Virus record (IMG/VR): IMGVR_UViG_2854558644_000001
Strand: one strand, 5' to 3'
From: a virus
Lineage: Duplodnaviria; Heunggongvirae; Uroviricota; Caudoviricetes
DNA length: 62,938 nt
The number at the start of each line of letters is the position of its first letter. Position 1 is the stretch's first letter. Shown here piece by piece: positions 38,943 to 49,196 of the stretch. Under the pieces are notes generated by a model that saw only the letters and a program-made list of their open reading frames with translations, was not told the origin of the DNA and ran no database searches. The position numbers were made by a program, and so were the translations under genes.

Positions 38943-40610
38943 TTATTTGCTAAAAAGATTTCCGTAACGGTTATCCTTCTTAGACTTGTTTACATTAGCA
39001 AATACTTTTACGGTTGACTTTTTCTGAGTTTTATCAGTGGTAGCTGCAAAAGTTTTCATATTAGAATCCGCATAGATAAGTTTTGCTTCCTTCTCTAAAT
39101 CTTCGAGAGAGTAGTTATCCATATTTGTATACAGTTTCTCAAAATCCTTATTAATGAATTTTCCTTCTTCATCTTTTTCAGAAATAGAAGCAAAATTTTC
39201 ATTTGCAAGAATTTCCTCACGCTTTGCATGAAGTTCATTCTTTTCTGCTGTCTCCTTAAACTCTTTGAGTGCAGCGTAGTTTGAACGCATAGACTGTAAC
39301 TCTGCAAATTCACTATCTGTTAAAAGTTCACGATGTAAATTGTATCTTTCTCCATCAAAAGCTACATTATCACCGTCTTTTGTATAGTTCTGACCGAAGA
39401 TTTTATCACCATTCCAGTTCTCATATGTAAAATGATCATCGTAAACAGCGTTGATAAAGTACCACTCATTATCAGCATCTTCATATTCAGATAAAAGCTG
39501 GTAAAGTGCATATCTTGTATCTTCATGACTGATTTCATATGTACGAACAATCTTTTCAAAAGTCTGACTTTCTCCTTCATTACCATTTGGATCAGAAGCT
39601 CCTTCGCCATCACCTTCTCCATCATTGGAAGGCTCACCAGATTCTCCGCTACTTGAGTTATCTCCTTCTGAATTGTCATCATCGAACATCTCAGCGAATT
39701 TTGCTTCAAGTTCCTCATCTGACATTTCTGTATAGTCGAATGTTACATCTTCAGCAGTCTTACCATATTTGGCAAGTAACTCTTCAAATTTTGTCATTTT
39801 GTTATTTGTTCCTCCTTCCTTTGATTTTTGATTTATATCAAAACTCTCAAGAATATTAGTTAATTTCTCTAAAGTTTCAACCAATTTGTTGTCTGTGTTA
39901 AATGTTACTGTTTCCGCATTTACAGCGAAATCTTCAATTTTAAAATTACTTCCTGCCATACCAGGGGATACATCCTTTGACAGAAGAGTAAGACCTGATA
40001 CATAAAAATCATCTAACTGCAATGTTTTATTAGCAGTATTAAATGATAACTCCCTAATGCATAATTCCACCGAACAATCTACAGTTCCACGTCTATTCAG
40101 AATCTCAATAGCATCTTGACAATACTCATCGTATAAATAACCATGCAAAACTGCACGATTTACGCCAGCGTCTTCATCATATTCAACAGTAGTCTTTGTG
40201 CCATCAATAACACCGATAGGCTGTTCTTCATATACAACTTTATCGTTACCATCTTTGTCAGTAGTCACATAATAATCATGGCTACCGAAATCTAATTCAT
40301 TATCTGAATTGGTAGTGATATGTGCTAAAATTGGGCGAAAGTTTGCCGATGGGACATTTTCATTGAAAGATTCTTCAGAGATTTCCGATTTATTGAGATT
40401 GACATGATCGTGAAATGCACGACTGACGAATGGAGTAAGAGACTCTTTATGTTTATCTTCATCTTTGGAAGTTTTTTCAAAATTACCATTCATGCGAACC
40501 ATGAGTTCTTTACCGAATTCATTACTATTAAAATGAGCAAAATTGTTCTTTAGACAGAACTCATACAACTCATCAATAGACATAATTCGTCTTTTCTTCT
40601 TTTTTGGCAT
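38943..40610 (-). CDS. Prohead protease / scaffold protein
   Basis: N-terminal protease-like domain (CSVEL) and acidic coiled-coil C-terminus, between portal and capsid. Confidence 0.7.
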   Translation of the reverse strand: MPKKKKRRIMSIDELYEFCLKNNFAHFNSNEFGKELMVRMNGNFEKTSKDEDKHKESLTPFVSRAFHDHVNLNKSEISEESFNENVPSANFRPILAHITTNSDNELDFGSHDYYVTTDKDGNDKVVYEEQPIGVIDGTKTTVEYDEDAGVNRAVLHGYLYDEYCQDAIEILNRRGTVDCSVELCIRELSFNTANKTLQLDDFYVSGLTLLSKDVSPGMAGSNFKIEDFAVNAETVTFNTDNKLVETLEKLTNILESFDINQKSKEGGTNNKMTKFEELLAKYGKTAEDVTFDYTEMSDEELEAKFAEMFDDDNSEGDNSSSGESGEPSNDGEGDGEGASDPNGNEGESQTFEKIVRTYEISHEDTRYALYQLLSEYEDADNEWYFINAVYDDHFTYENWNGDKIFGQNYTKDGDNVAFDGERYNLHRELLTDSEFAELQSMRSNYAALKEFKETAEKNELHAKREEILANENFASISEKDEEGKFINKDFEKLYTNMDNYSLEDLEKEAKLIYADSNMKTFAATTDKTQKKSTVKVFANVNKSKKDNRYGNLFSK

Positions 40611-40854
40611 TATTTAACCTATTCCTCCTTTCTTTGTTGATATACCACTCAAATTAGGAGAGTGGTTAGAATGTTAGCATGTTGCTATACTGAATTTTAT
40701 TATTTGTATTTTCAAAAGTGAGAGAGTGGTTATTCAAAAATGTTGCCACGTTCCCATCTTGAGATACCAATTTAAAACCTTCTTTGAGAAGATTTTCCTT
40801 TGTCTCCTTGTCGGAGGTTTTAATAAAATTGTATTTCATATTAAGATACCTCCC

Positions 40855-42432
40855 TTATTTATTATTGAGATCCTCGTCTCTTGTGCGAAGTCCAGCATCT
40901 GTAAGTTCTGTTTCGTCTTTTTCTTGACCGCCACCTTGATTAGTACCAGATTGCGTATATGAGGTGTTAAATGGTTTCAATTTCTCGCCAAGATTTAAAC
41001 AATCTTCCTCTAAGAAGTTCATAGCAAGAGTATCTTTCTCAGATACACCATTTAATGTGTTATAAAGAATCTTATTTGGTAATCCGTTTTGGCAAGATTC
41101 CAAAATAGATTTCTTAAAATCATCTTTCTGATAAATGGAAACATCAAAGAATTTAACTTTACAAGGTTCAGATATCCAACTAGATAGAAGTCGATTTACA
41201 ATCGCTTGAATCTGTGGAATAAGAGTTGAAATAGAAAATGTAGAATCTGCAAGTACGCCATATGTAAAGGCAGTAGAGTTAGAAGCGGAGTTTAAATTTA
41301 ATATCTGAGCACCACCAGCCGTATTAAGAATTTCTTTTGTTGCTTTTTCAACCTTTGTTACATCACCAGTAGCATCATCTGGGAAACTAATTTCATGTAA
41401 TTCACCAGGAACAATAGCAGCAGAGATATAAGGTGGTAAAGCTTCTTCAAGCATACGATTGAAATATTGAATCATTATATCTGGATTTACAGTCCAATCA
41501 TCTACGTCATTTCCCATAGTCTTCATTTCTAGCCATACCAATTTATAAATGTTGGCTGCCTGTTGAACTGCTTGATAATCTGAAGCATCCATAAGATCAA
41601 TTAATGATAAGAATATAGGTGTAAGCACGGGAACGATGGTTTCCCAGTCTTCAGACCTAAATTTAATACATACATTATATTCTTCTGGGATTAACTGATA
41701 TTTTTCATTTGTACTCTGATATGTATTCCACATACTATTGAATGGTTCACCCCAATATTCCAATAGTTCAGAATTTCGCTTAAAATAACTCATATCCATT
41801 GCACATGCAAATGAACCATCAGGAAATACACCTGCAATTCTCATGTATGATGGATCTAGTGGAAGAATAAACATTCCTTGCCCTTCAGTATAATAAGCAC
41901 ATCCATAAAATGCGTCTTCTCGAAGTGTTATAGATGCAGCTTTACGAAACTCATAATTCAGTCCAAGAGTATCTACAACATCAACTGTTTCCTGATACTT
42001 TTGCAATGTGGATTTTATGTCATTATTATCTGAAATTATAAATGGGGGAACTATGTTACGAATAGATAAATCAATTTGATTTGCATAATATTTGCAAAGA
42101 CGATAGTAGATTTCTGAACGATAATAAAGATAACGAGATAAACTTCTAAGACTTGCTTCACTAGAAGAAATGTTTTTAATATAATCTTTTACATCTTCCT
42201 TGGAATAATTACTAATTGTAGTATATGTCTTGGATTTCTGAATATCTCGAAGATTTGTAATTGCACTTGTTGCATCTTCATAGCGTTCAAGTCTACTTTT
42301 ATTTTTCTCATACCATTCACGCATTTCATTTGCGGTTGGTTGTTTTGGAGTAGAAGAAGTAGTTTTCTTCTGTGAGTTATTTACTTTAGCAGGTGCATTA
42401 GAATTTGCATCTACTTTCTTAGGTCTAGGCAT
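40855..42432 (-). CDS. Portal protein
   Basis: 525 aa between terminase and protease. Confidence 0.7.
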   Translation of the reverse strand: MPRPKKVDANSNAPAKVNNSQKKTTSSTPKQPTANEMREWYEKNKSRLERYEDATSAITNLRDIQKSKTYTTISNYSKEDVKDYIKNISSSEASLRSLSRYLYYRSEIYYRLCKYYANQIDLSIRNIVPPFIISDNNDIKSTLQKYQETVDVVDTLGLNYEFRKAASITLREDAFYGCAYYTEGQGMFILPLDPSYMRIAGVFPDGSFACAMDMSYFKRNSELLEYWGEPFNSMWNTYQSTNEKYQLIPEEYNVCIKFRSEDWETIVPVLTPIFLSLIDLMDASDYQAVQQAANIYKLVWLEMKTMGNDVDDWTVNPDIMIQYFNRMLEEALPPYISAAIVPGELHEISFPDDATGDVTKVEKATKEILNTAGGAQILNLNSASNSTAFTYGVLADSTFSISTLIPQIQAIVNRLLSSWISEPCKVKFFDVSIYQKDDFKKSILESCQNGLPNKILYNTLNGVSEKDTLAMNFLEEDCLNLGEKLKPFNTSYTQSGTNQGGGQEKDETELTDAGLRTRDEDLNNK

Positions 42433-42450
42433 ATTTGATAATGCACCTCC

Positions 42451-44514
42451 TTAATTATATTTTGCTTTACGGATTGTAAGCTTATTGATGAAACTTGTGG
42501 CATCTTCAGTTGGTCGCTTTTTATTTGTAATGGCTTTTCTACGTTCACACATGAGAGCGTAAGAAGCCATACATGCCGTGTAAGCCCTATCATCATGGAG
42601 CTTGTTTGCCTTTTCTGGTGTAAGTTCAAACGAATCCTTTCCAGAATCACGCTTTTTACGAATCATATTGACAAGTTCTTCTTTTAAAGCGTCAATATTA
42701 GCAAGAGCAATTTCATCCTGCCAATCAAGTTTTATAGTTTTTGTATTAACGGATTCAATTTTCTCTAATTCTTCATTAAGCTTATTTTCAAATTCCTTTT
42801 CATTAACTTTTTGTTTTCTGAGTTCAGCAGAAATTCGTTCTTTTTCTTTAGCCAATTTTTTCTCATCAACATCAAAAACAGTAAGATAGCCTTTATGGTC
42901 ATATTGTGCTGTAAAACTGATTTTATCTTGATTCATCAATTCTATCATTGCTTCATACATTTCAGATTTATAACCAGCAGGAGACATAAGATGTACTTTG
43001 TCTACCGCATTAGGAAATTTCTTAACATAATCAGCGGAATATTCTTTGTCAATTAAGCCTCTATGAACAATGCCAGCAGAGTCTGTCCAATCTGGCATTA
43101 AATAATCAGCTATATTAACACCAGATCCGCCGCTACCTGCATCAATGTATACACCAACAATATTCCCGTATGCGTCAGCTCCACCGTTATAATCAAGAAT
43201 TACTTTTTTTAAATATTCAATCTGATCTGGTGTCTGCATGGGAGATTTGATTTTTTTACCAACATCAATAAGATTAATACAGTTTACCAATCTCATTCTT
43301 GTATCAATACTTCCGTCTACCTGTTCGTATTCATAAATTTCACCAACAAGGATTACTGAATTATCTCGACTTCTAGCAGGATCATATGTGATGACGAATT
43401 TTTTATCACCTGTATCGTTATATAGAAGTGGTTTTCTAGTTTCTTCGTTACGTGTAATAACACCTCTACGAATAATTGCGTCAGTACCAGCATCTGTAGT
43501 AAAAATACAATAATACTCACGCCTAGCTTTTTCTGGATTTGTTCTCATTTCGGATTCAACCGTATTACGAGATAGAAGAGGAGTGACTAATTCTCCTCTA
43601 AGAGTTGGTTTAAATGCTTGTTCACAATCTATATGCAATACACAATAGTCAGGATTTCCCATAATCTGCTGTTTTGAAAAATCTCTATATAATCTCCAAA
43701 ATTGTGTATCTGTTGACGAAGCAGAACTAATATAATATTTTTGATAAGATAAATCTCTTGGTAAGCATCTTTGACGGATAGGATCAATTGAATTACCATC
43801 AACATCTTTACCAGTTTTTAAACTTTTATTTACAACAGCGAATGCACCATATACATTCATCATTTCATCAGACAAGAAACCACTTTCGTCAAAAATTACT
43901 GTTCCTCGCATACCTCTTTTTGCATCTATATTTCCGTTCAATGTCCTAGTCATAGATCCGTTATAACATGAATAGGAAAAACCATTGGACGAGTGTGAAA
44001 ATCCATCACCTGCTGCATTTTTAATTTCAATCTCATTCTTAAATAAAGAACCAGTTGAACCGTAAAATGTATCAATGTTATCATTGGCAAGTCGTTCCAA
44101 AGTAGTAAAAGTTTGCTCAGCCTGACCACCTGTACCACTTGCAATATATGTCCATACATTACAAAAACACATATCTTTTGACATTATCTCAAGGTCAATA
44201 ACTGTACTTTTACCATATCCACGAGTACATACAGCAAGTACATTTGGACAAACCCAACTTCTTTGTACAAGAAGTGCCTGCCCATCTAAAAGCTCTATGT
44301 TGAAAAAAAGATCTATAGCTTTTACTGGGTTGCATTGCAGATATTTTTGAATTTCAGCAATTTGAATATAAGACTCAATTTTACGAGATGAGATAGAATA
44401 CCCATGTGGTTTTACATATATTCCATATTGATTATAAAAATCTTTATCATAATCAAGAATTTCATTCTGATAGTAATTCATAATCATTTGTTTATTCTGA
44501 TTCATTTTCGACAA
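42451..44514 (-). CDS. Terminase large subunit
   Basis: Walker A TRGYGKST, Walker B VIFDESG, YISSAS motif III, nuclease YDPARSRD...HDDRAY. Confidence 0.9.
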   Translation of the reverse strand: MSKMNQNKQMIMNYYQNEILDYDKDFYNQYGIYVKPHGYSISSRKIESYIQIAEIQKYLQCNPVKAIDLFFNIELLDGQALLVQRSWVCPNVLAVCTRGYGKSTVIDLEIMSKDMCFCNVWTYIASGTGGQAEQTFTTLERLANDNIDTFYGSTGSLFKNEIEIKNAAGDGFSHSSNGFSYSCYNGSMTRTLNGNIDAKRGMRGTVIFDESGFLSDEMMNVYGAFAVVNKSLKTGKDVDGNSIDPIRQRCLPRDLSYQKYYISSASSTDTQFWRLYRDFSKQQIMGNPDYCVLHIDCEQAFKPTLRGELVTPLLSRNTVESEMRTNPEKARREYYCIFTTDAGTDAIIRRGVITRNEETRKPLLYNDTGDKKFVITYDPARSRDNSVILVGEIYEYEQVDGSIDTRMRLVNCINLIDVGKKIKSPMQTPDQIEYLKKVILDYNGGADAYGNIVGVYIDAGSGGSGVNIADYLMPDWTDSAGIVHRGLIDKEYSADYVKKFPNAVDKVHLMSPAGYKSEMYEAMIELMNQDKISFTAQYDHKGYLTVFDVDEKKLAKEKERISAELRKQKVNEKEFENKLNEELEKIESVNTKTIKLDWQDEIALANIDALKEELVNMIRKKRDSGKDSFELTPEKANKLHDDRAYTACMASYALMCERRKAITNKKRPTEDATSFINKLTIRKAKYN

Positions 44515-45814
44515 CCTCCTTTACCTCTTCATTAGGAGATTCTTTTTCTTCGTCAAATTCCGCAAAAACAGAATAAACATCTTTTAAGTCTTTCAACTGT
44601 TCTTCATTTAGTAAGTTATTTTCTTTTAATGTATCTCTTAAATCAAGATTTTCTCTCAATAAAATTCTGTTAATTTCTTGGTAAGCATCTTTTTCTTTAC
44701 GAAGATCAGTATTCACAACACGCATTTCAGAAACCATATCTGACCATTCAGATTCATCAAGAGCTAATTGTTTCATAATAGAAGCATCACTAATTTCCTG
44801 AACCTGTTGCATACCTCTACATGTGTCAATGTCGAAACCATTGACTTCACCACTTCGCAAATTAAGACTTTTAATTTTTTTGATTTTACCCGTCCATGTA
44901 TTTTCACCTTTTTTAGCATTTTTGTTGTGTTTTAATGAAATACAACTGTCTTGTGCAAGACTTGTAATAACAGAAGTAATCTTACCTTTGCTCTCCTGTA
45001 GAGATTTAATTGTTGCAGAATTGCGTTCAATATTAGAAATGTCGCACATCAACTTCGATATGGTGTCATCAATCTTAGATTGCTGTAAAAATCCACGAAC
45101 AATAGAGATAGCAGAAGAAGTACGCATCATATCTTCATTTGCGTCTTCACTAGAATCTAACAATCCTAATAGCTGTGAATATAAGAATGGTTGGTCGGCT
45201 ATATCTTCTTTTTCAAAAGGATCATAACTGAGTAATCGAATTACATCGTTTTTGTTTTTTAAAAAACTATCATATGTATCCAACCCTGCATGTGATTCAA
45301 TAAGTTCTTCCTCAGTCGTAAGTTCTTTTACTGATTCATTTTCAGTTTTATCCTTAACAAAATGGTCTGAATCAAAGTATGTTAGTCCTATATAATTTGG
45401 CATAGCAATTTGACGTGCATACGCTGTCCACACATTAGATTTAACTTTTCCAGAAGCAAGATTCTCAACTTCCTGAATGCTTGAGTCCCATACCTTTTCG
45501 AGGAAAGGTTTCCCCAAATATCTAAGGGCAAGTTGTACTGATTCTCTCGTAGGCTCTTGATCAACACCATTTGTAGTTCTTAATGCTATTTTTTTTGCAC
45601 AGTCTTTACAAATTGGAGTAAGACCACTTTTACTCATAGGATCTGTACTTACATAAAATTTATCTTTAGCTTTATGTGTATCACACATGTAACACCAAGC
45701 ACCTTCTTTAAGTGACTTGATTTTCTCTTCCTGTGTTTCAACTTTTTTCTTTAATTGTGCAGCCGTTAATTTTGTGGGCTGTGTCTCTTTTGTCGTAGCC
45801 AAACTAACGACCAC
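44492..45814 (-). CDS. Zinc-finger protein upstream of terminase (small-terminase-like position)
   Basis: CYMC...GLTPICKDC; overlaps the terminase start. Confidence 0.5.
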   Translation of the reverse strand: MVVSLATTKETQPTKLTAAQLKKKVETQEEKIKSLKEGAWCYMCDTHKAKDKFYVSTDPMSKSGLTPICKDCAKKIALRTTNGVDQEPTRESVQLALRYLGKPFLEKVWDSSIQEVENLASGKVKSNVWTAYARQIAMPNYIGLTYFDSDHFVKDKTENESVKELTTEEELIESHAGLDTYDSFLKNKNDVIRLLSYDPFEKEDIADQPFLYSQLLGLLDSSEDANEDMMRTSSAISIVRGFLQQSKIDDTISKLMCDISNIERNSATIKSLQESKGKITSVITSLAQDSCISLKHNKNAKKGENTWTGKIKKIKSLNLRSGEVNGFDIDTCRGMQQVQEISDASIMKQLALDESEWSDMVSEMRVVNTDLRKEKDAYQEINRILLRENLDLRDTLKENNLLNEEQLKDLKDVYSVFAEFDEEKESPNEEVKEVVENESE

Positions 45815-45913
45815 CTCCTTTTATTCCAATATAAAAAAGAAGCCACTTCATATGAAATGACTTCTCATAATTTTCAATATTAAATTTCCAATGAAAGTGC
45901 AATTCACTTAGTA

Positions 45914-45997
45914 CGTCGTGTGAGAGAATCGAACTCCCATATCCTTTCAGAATGCTGGTTTTCAAGACCAGTGCTGTACCAATTGAGCCAACACGGC
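45914..45997 (-). tRNA. trnS: tRNA-Ser(UGA)
   Basis: Cloverleaf with CUUGAAA anticodon loop, long variable arm and GUUCGAUU T-loop; one acceptor mismatch; no encoded CCA. Confidence 0.85.
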
Positions 45998-46002
45998 ATA
46001 AG

Positions 46003-46090
46003 CGTAGTATATAGGACTCGAACCTATGCACCGAATAAACGATGACCTCTGATTAGCAATCAGGTGCAATACCAACTCTGCCAATACTAC
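46003..46090 (-). tRNA. trnS: tRNA-Ser(GCU)
   Basis: GUAGUAU/AUACUAC acceptor, UUGCUAA loop, long variable arm, AUAGG-UUCGAGU-CCUAU. Confidence 0.85.
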
Positions 46091-46180
46091 ATAATAAAAG
46101 AGCCACCTCATGAAGTGACTCTCTGTTACTATACAAAAAAATGTATAGCCTCGCTGTCCATTTAAGTATCAGCTACGTAA

Positions 46181-46253
46181 TGATCTGTAGGAGATTCGGA
46201 CTCCTGTTGCCGCCGTGAAAGGGCGATGTCCTAGACCGCTAGACGAACAGACC
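46181..46253 (-). tRNA. trnE: tRNA-Glu(UUC)
   Basis: GGUCUGU/ACAGAUC acceptor and CUUUCAC loop; T-loop UCCGAAU deviates from UUC. Confidence 0.85.
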
Positions 46254-46255
46254 TA

Positions 46256-46635
46256 ATGTGGGAATCTCACCCACTGGATCAGCATAAAGCACTAACTAGC
46301 TGATATTGGACTGTACACATCCAGTTATTATTCAGGTACAAATTAAGTACCCTAAGACACACAAGGTATCCATGCTTACTGATTATTCTCTATATATTTT
46401 CGGTCTTCGGAGTAAAAATCAATTGATAAGATTTAATGACTCTTATCCGTCAATTAAGGGTTCTCATTAATGCAGAGAAGCACAAATTCGTTATAGAATT
46501 ATCAGACCATTCAGTAGCTTGGACAAGCTTAGATATACTGCATTAAGATTTCGTGTGCACTAGAGTCTTTGTATAGTCGGCTCTACCAAAATACAGCAGT
46601 AGGACTTACAATGCTACATGAATAGCAAATGCCAA
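46256..46635 (-). ncRNA. Candidate structured non-coding RNA
   Basis: About 380 nt without a credible ORF, densely paired (see findings). Confidence 0.4.
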
Positions 46636-46709
46636 GATATGATACTTATATATTCTCTGTTTGATAGTGGGGGAAAAATGATGTTAGACGAAAGCTTCAT
46701 CAGCATCCT

Positions 46710-47744
46710 CTATAAATCTGAAAGTGCCTTTTGTTCAATCTTTTTAATTTCTCCATCAGCAAAATATTTTGCAAATTGCTCATCTGCATCAATATCCTTG
46801 TACACCGCAACCATATCAAGCGAATTCCAACCGACTAGCATTTGAATTACATCATCAGGAAGTCCACTTCGAGAACAAGAAGTTGTAAAGAAATGACGAA
46901 GACTATGGAAATAGAAGTCTTCTCCTAAATGTTTGCTAAATGTATCAGCCCAACTGTCAAGTGTTCCTGAATCCATAGGTTCATCTATATATTCTCCGTT
47001 TATTTTCTTTGGAAATAACCATTCTGATTCAATTCTGTGTTCTTTTCTATAATTCATCCACAAATCAAAATATGGCTTAAACGGTTTTGCAAGTGTATAT
47101 GCTACTAACATTTTTCCACGAGATCCTCTTCCTTTTGTTTGAATCTTTTCAGGTGTCTTATATAAAGAACCGTATATGATATTTTCGTCATCGAAATAAG
47201 ATACTTTGAAGCGTGGCAATTCACTCTTACGTCTACCGCTAAATGCAGCTAATGCTAAAATACAAGCCTTGTCATACTTGCCTTTTTCAACCCAATAATC
47301 AAGCATTCCCTGTACTTGTTCATCAGATAACACAGTTTTAGTGAATACTTTTTCATTCGCAGGATTCTCAATTTTGCGTATAATCGGTTTAAAGTTCTCA
47401 TACTCATCATCTAATATAGCTTCGACATAATTTGAAAGCGATGAGAGAGTAGATTTTACTCTACGCATTCTAGCTGGCGACCATTTATATTCAGTAAGGC
47501 AAAAACTCTGATAACGAGCAATATCTCTCTTAGATAAATTAATAAAGAATTTGTTGTCACAATGCTGAAGTAAATACACCCAGAAAATGTAAAGGTCACG
47601 TCTATATGCATTGATTGTATTTGGAGATCTATCAACTGAACGAAGATAATCCAAAAAGTCATTTCCTAACTCTATATTCTCTTTGTTGCACTGAGTTAAT
47701 AACTCATCAGTAACAATATTATTGTGTTGTATTTTTCTACCCAT
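46710..47744 (-). CDS. Tyrosine recombinase / integrase (XerC/D-like)
   Basis: SGRRKSE (R), KTKG-like QTKGR (K), HSLRH, LVGW, and Y in MVAVY. Confidence 0.9.
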   Translation of the reverse strand: MGRKIQHNNIVTDELLTQCNKENIELGNDFLDYLRSVDRSPNTINAYRRDLYIFWVYLLQHCDNKFFINLSKRDIARYQSFCLTEYKWSPARMRRVKSTLSSLSNYVEAILDDEYENFKPIIRKIENPANEKVFTKTVLSDEQVQGMLDYWVEKGKYDKACILALAAFSGRRKSELPRFKVSYFDDENIIYGSLYKTPEKIQTKGRGSRGKMLVAYTLAKPFKPYFDLWMNYRKEHRIESEWLFPKKINGEYIDEPMDSGTLDSWADTFSKHLGEDFYFHSLRHFFTTSCSRSGLPDDVIQMLVGWNSLDMVAVYKDIDADEQFAKYFADGEIKKIEQKALSDL

Positions 47745-47910
47745 TAAATCTCACTTCCTTTCAAACAACAAAAAAGAAGCAGTAGTATCATTAACTAACC
47801 GCTTCTTGTCGCATTTTTATATATTCATCATAAATCCCATAATCAGCTATGACACCAATCATGAGCACATATATTTATTCTCTGTTTCCATCATAGAAAC
47901 ATCAAATTAG

Positions 47911-47990
47911 TGGGCAGGGTTGGACTCGAACCAACGAAGCCGAAGCGCCTGATTTACAGTCAGGTGTAATTGCCGCTATACGACCTACCC
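47911..47990 (-). tRNA. trnY: tRNA-Tyr(GUA)
   Basis: GGGUAGG/CCUGCCC acceptor, CCUGA-CUGUAAA-UCAGG, variable arm, GGUUCGAGUCC. Confidence 0.9.
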
Positions 47991-48103
47991 ATACAAAAAG
48001 AGTGTGCAGTATGCACCACACACTCCAAAGATTCTAATTATTAACTAGCCACATATTGCTAATTAACGCCTAAATAAAGCCTTAATACGCAACATATTGC
48101 TAA

Positions 48104-48763
48104 TTAAAATCTTAACAAATCATCAAGTTTATAGATTCTTTTAATACTATTATGAATTGCTTCATATTCAGAAAGTATAGAAGAAAAGCTCTTATTCCAT
48201 TCAGACATTTCATCAATTTTCTCACCTAAATAATCTAACAATTCTTTCTTAGATACCTTTTTACCATTAATCTCATAAGTTCCAGATTTTACATCAAAAT
48301 AATAAGTATCATTACCACAACAATCGCAATTCTCACAATCGCCATCGTAGTCATCATCAGTATCTTTGATATTATCAATATACACTTCAAATATATTCTC
48401 ACCATAAACATGCGACATTATCTTAGAATTGCAATTCTCAAGAACATAAACGGCTTCTCCGCATATATCCTTATATCCATTATTATCTTTTGCAGGCTCA
48501 CAACCAATTTCACCAACAAATAATGTGATAATATATTCATCTGTATATCCATTGACATTAGAATCGCCGAGTTCTTTAATACTTGAAATTTCAAAACCTC
48601 TTTCAGCAATAAGAGTTTCGATTAATGTCTTTGCTTCATAATACTTGGCAACAATTGCTATACTGTTTAAATTATCATAAGAAACTACATTATGATACAT
48701 TGAATTAGCCCAATCAGCTAATTCATGTATATCATTTATAATTATTGTATCTATAGTAATCAC
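48104..48763 (-). CDS. Hypothetical protein
   Basis: 219 aa with a DCENCDCC cluster. Confidence 0.6.
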   Translation of the reverse strand: MITIDTIIINDIHELADWANSMYHNVVSYDNLNSIAIVAKYYEAKTLIETLIAERGFEISSIKELGDSNVNGYTDEYIITLFVGEIGCEPAKDNNGYKDICGEAVYVLENCNSKIMSHVYGENIFEVYIDNIKDTDDDYDGDCENCDCCGNDTYYFDVKSGTYEINGKKVSKKELLDYLGEKIDEMSEWNKSFSSILSEYEAIHNSIKRIYKLDDLLRF

Positions 48764-48775
48764 GTCCCTTCAGAA

Positions 48776-49060
48776 TTAAAGCTGCTTTGCTGACTTATTC
48801 ATCTTAAATGTGATTTCCTGATGGGCAGGAGTTATATATTCCTCACCTTTTCTGTCACCTAACATAATCTTGCCTGTTCTCTCAGGTACATCCTTAACCT
48901 TAAACTTACCAAGTTTACCTACAGGAACAGATTCTGTAGCATCAGCCTTTAATGTATCTGTAATAACCTCTGCGTATGTATCAAGTATAAGAGCAATATC
49001 ACCTTTCTTAGCTCCTTCAATTCTTTCTGCGATTGCACTTACTAATTCGTTCTTTACCAT
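48776..49060 (-). CDS. hup: HU-family DNA-binding protein
   Basis: KNELVSAIAE...GKLGKFKV..VPERTG...PAH..ITFKMNK. Confidence 0.85.
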   Translation of the reverse strand: MVKNELVSAIAERIEGAKKGDIALILDTYAEVITDTLKADATESVPVGKLGKFKVKDVPERTGKIMLGDRKGEEYITPAHQEITFKMNKSAKQL

Positions 49061-49196
49061 TTTTAATTTTCTCCTTTATTTTCCTTAATATTTTTTATAA
49101 TATAAAAGAGGGTAGCGGCTCAATCGAGTCCACTCCCTCGTACTTACAATTGTGCATTATTCTAAGCCATACACGGGCTATGAAATTCGTAATTCA

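Noticed and set aside
46256-46635. tmRNA
   Set aside because: T-loop-like hairpin present, but no matching acceptor stem, no CCA and no tag frame ending in an LAA-like sequence.
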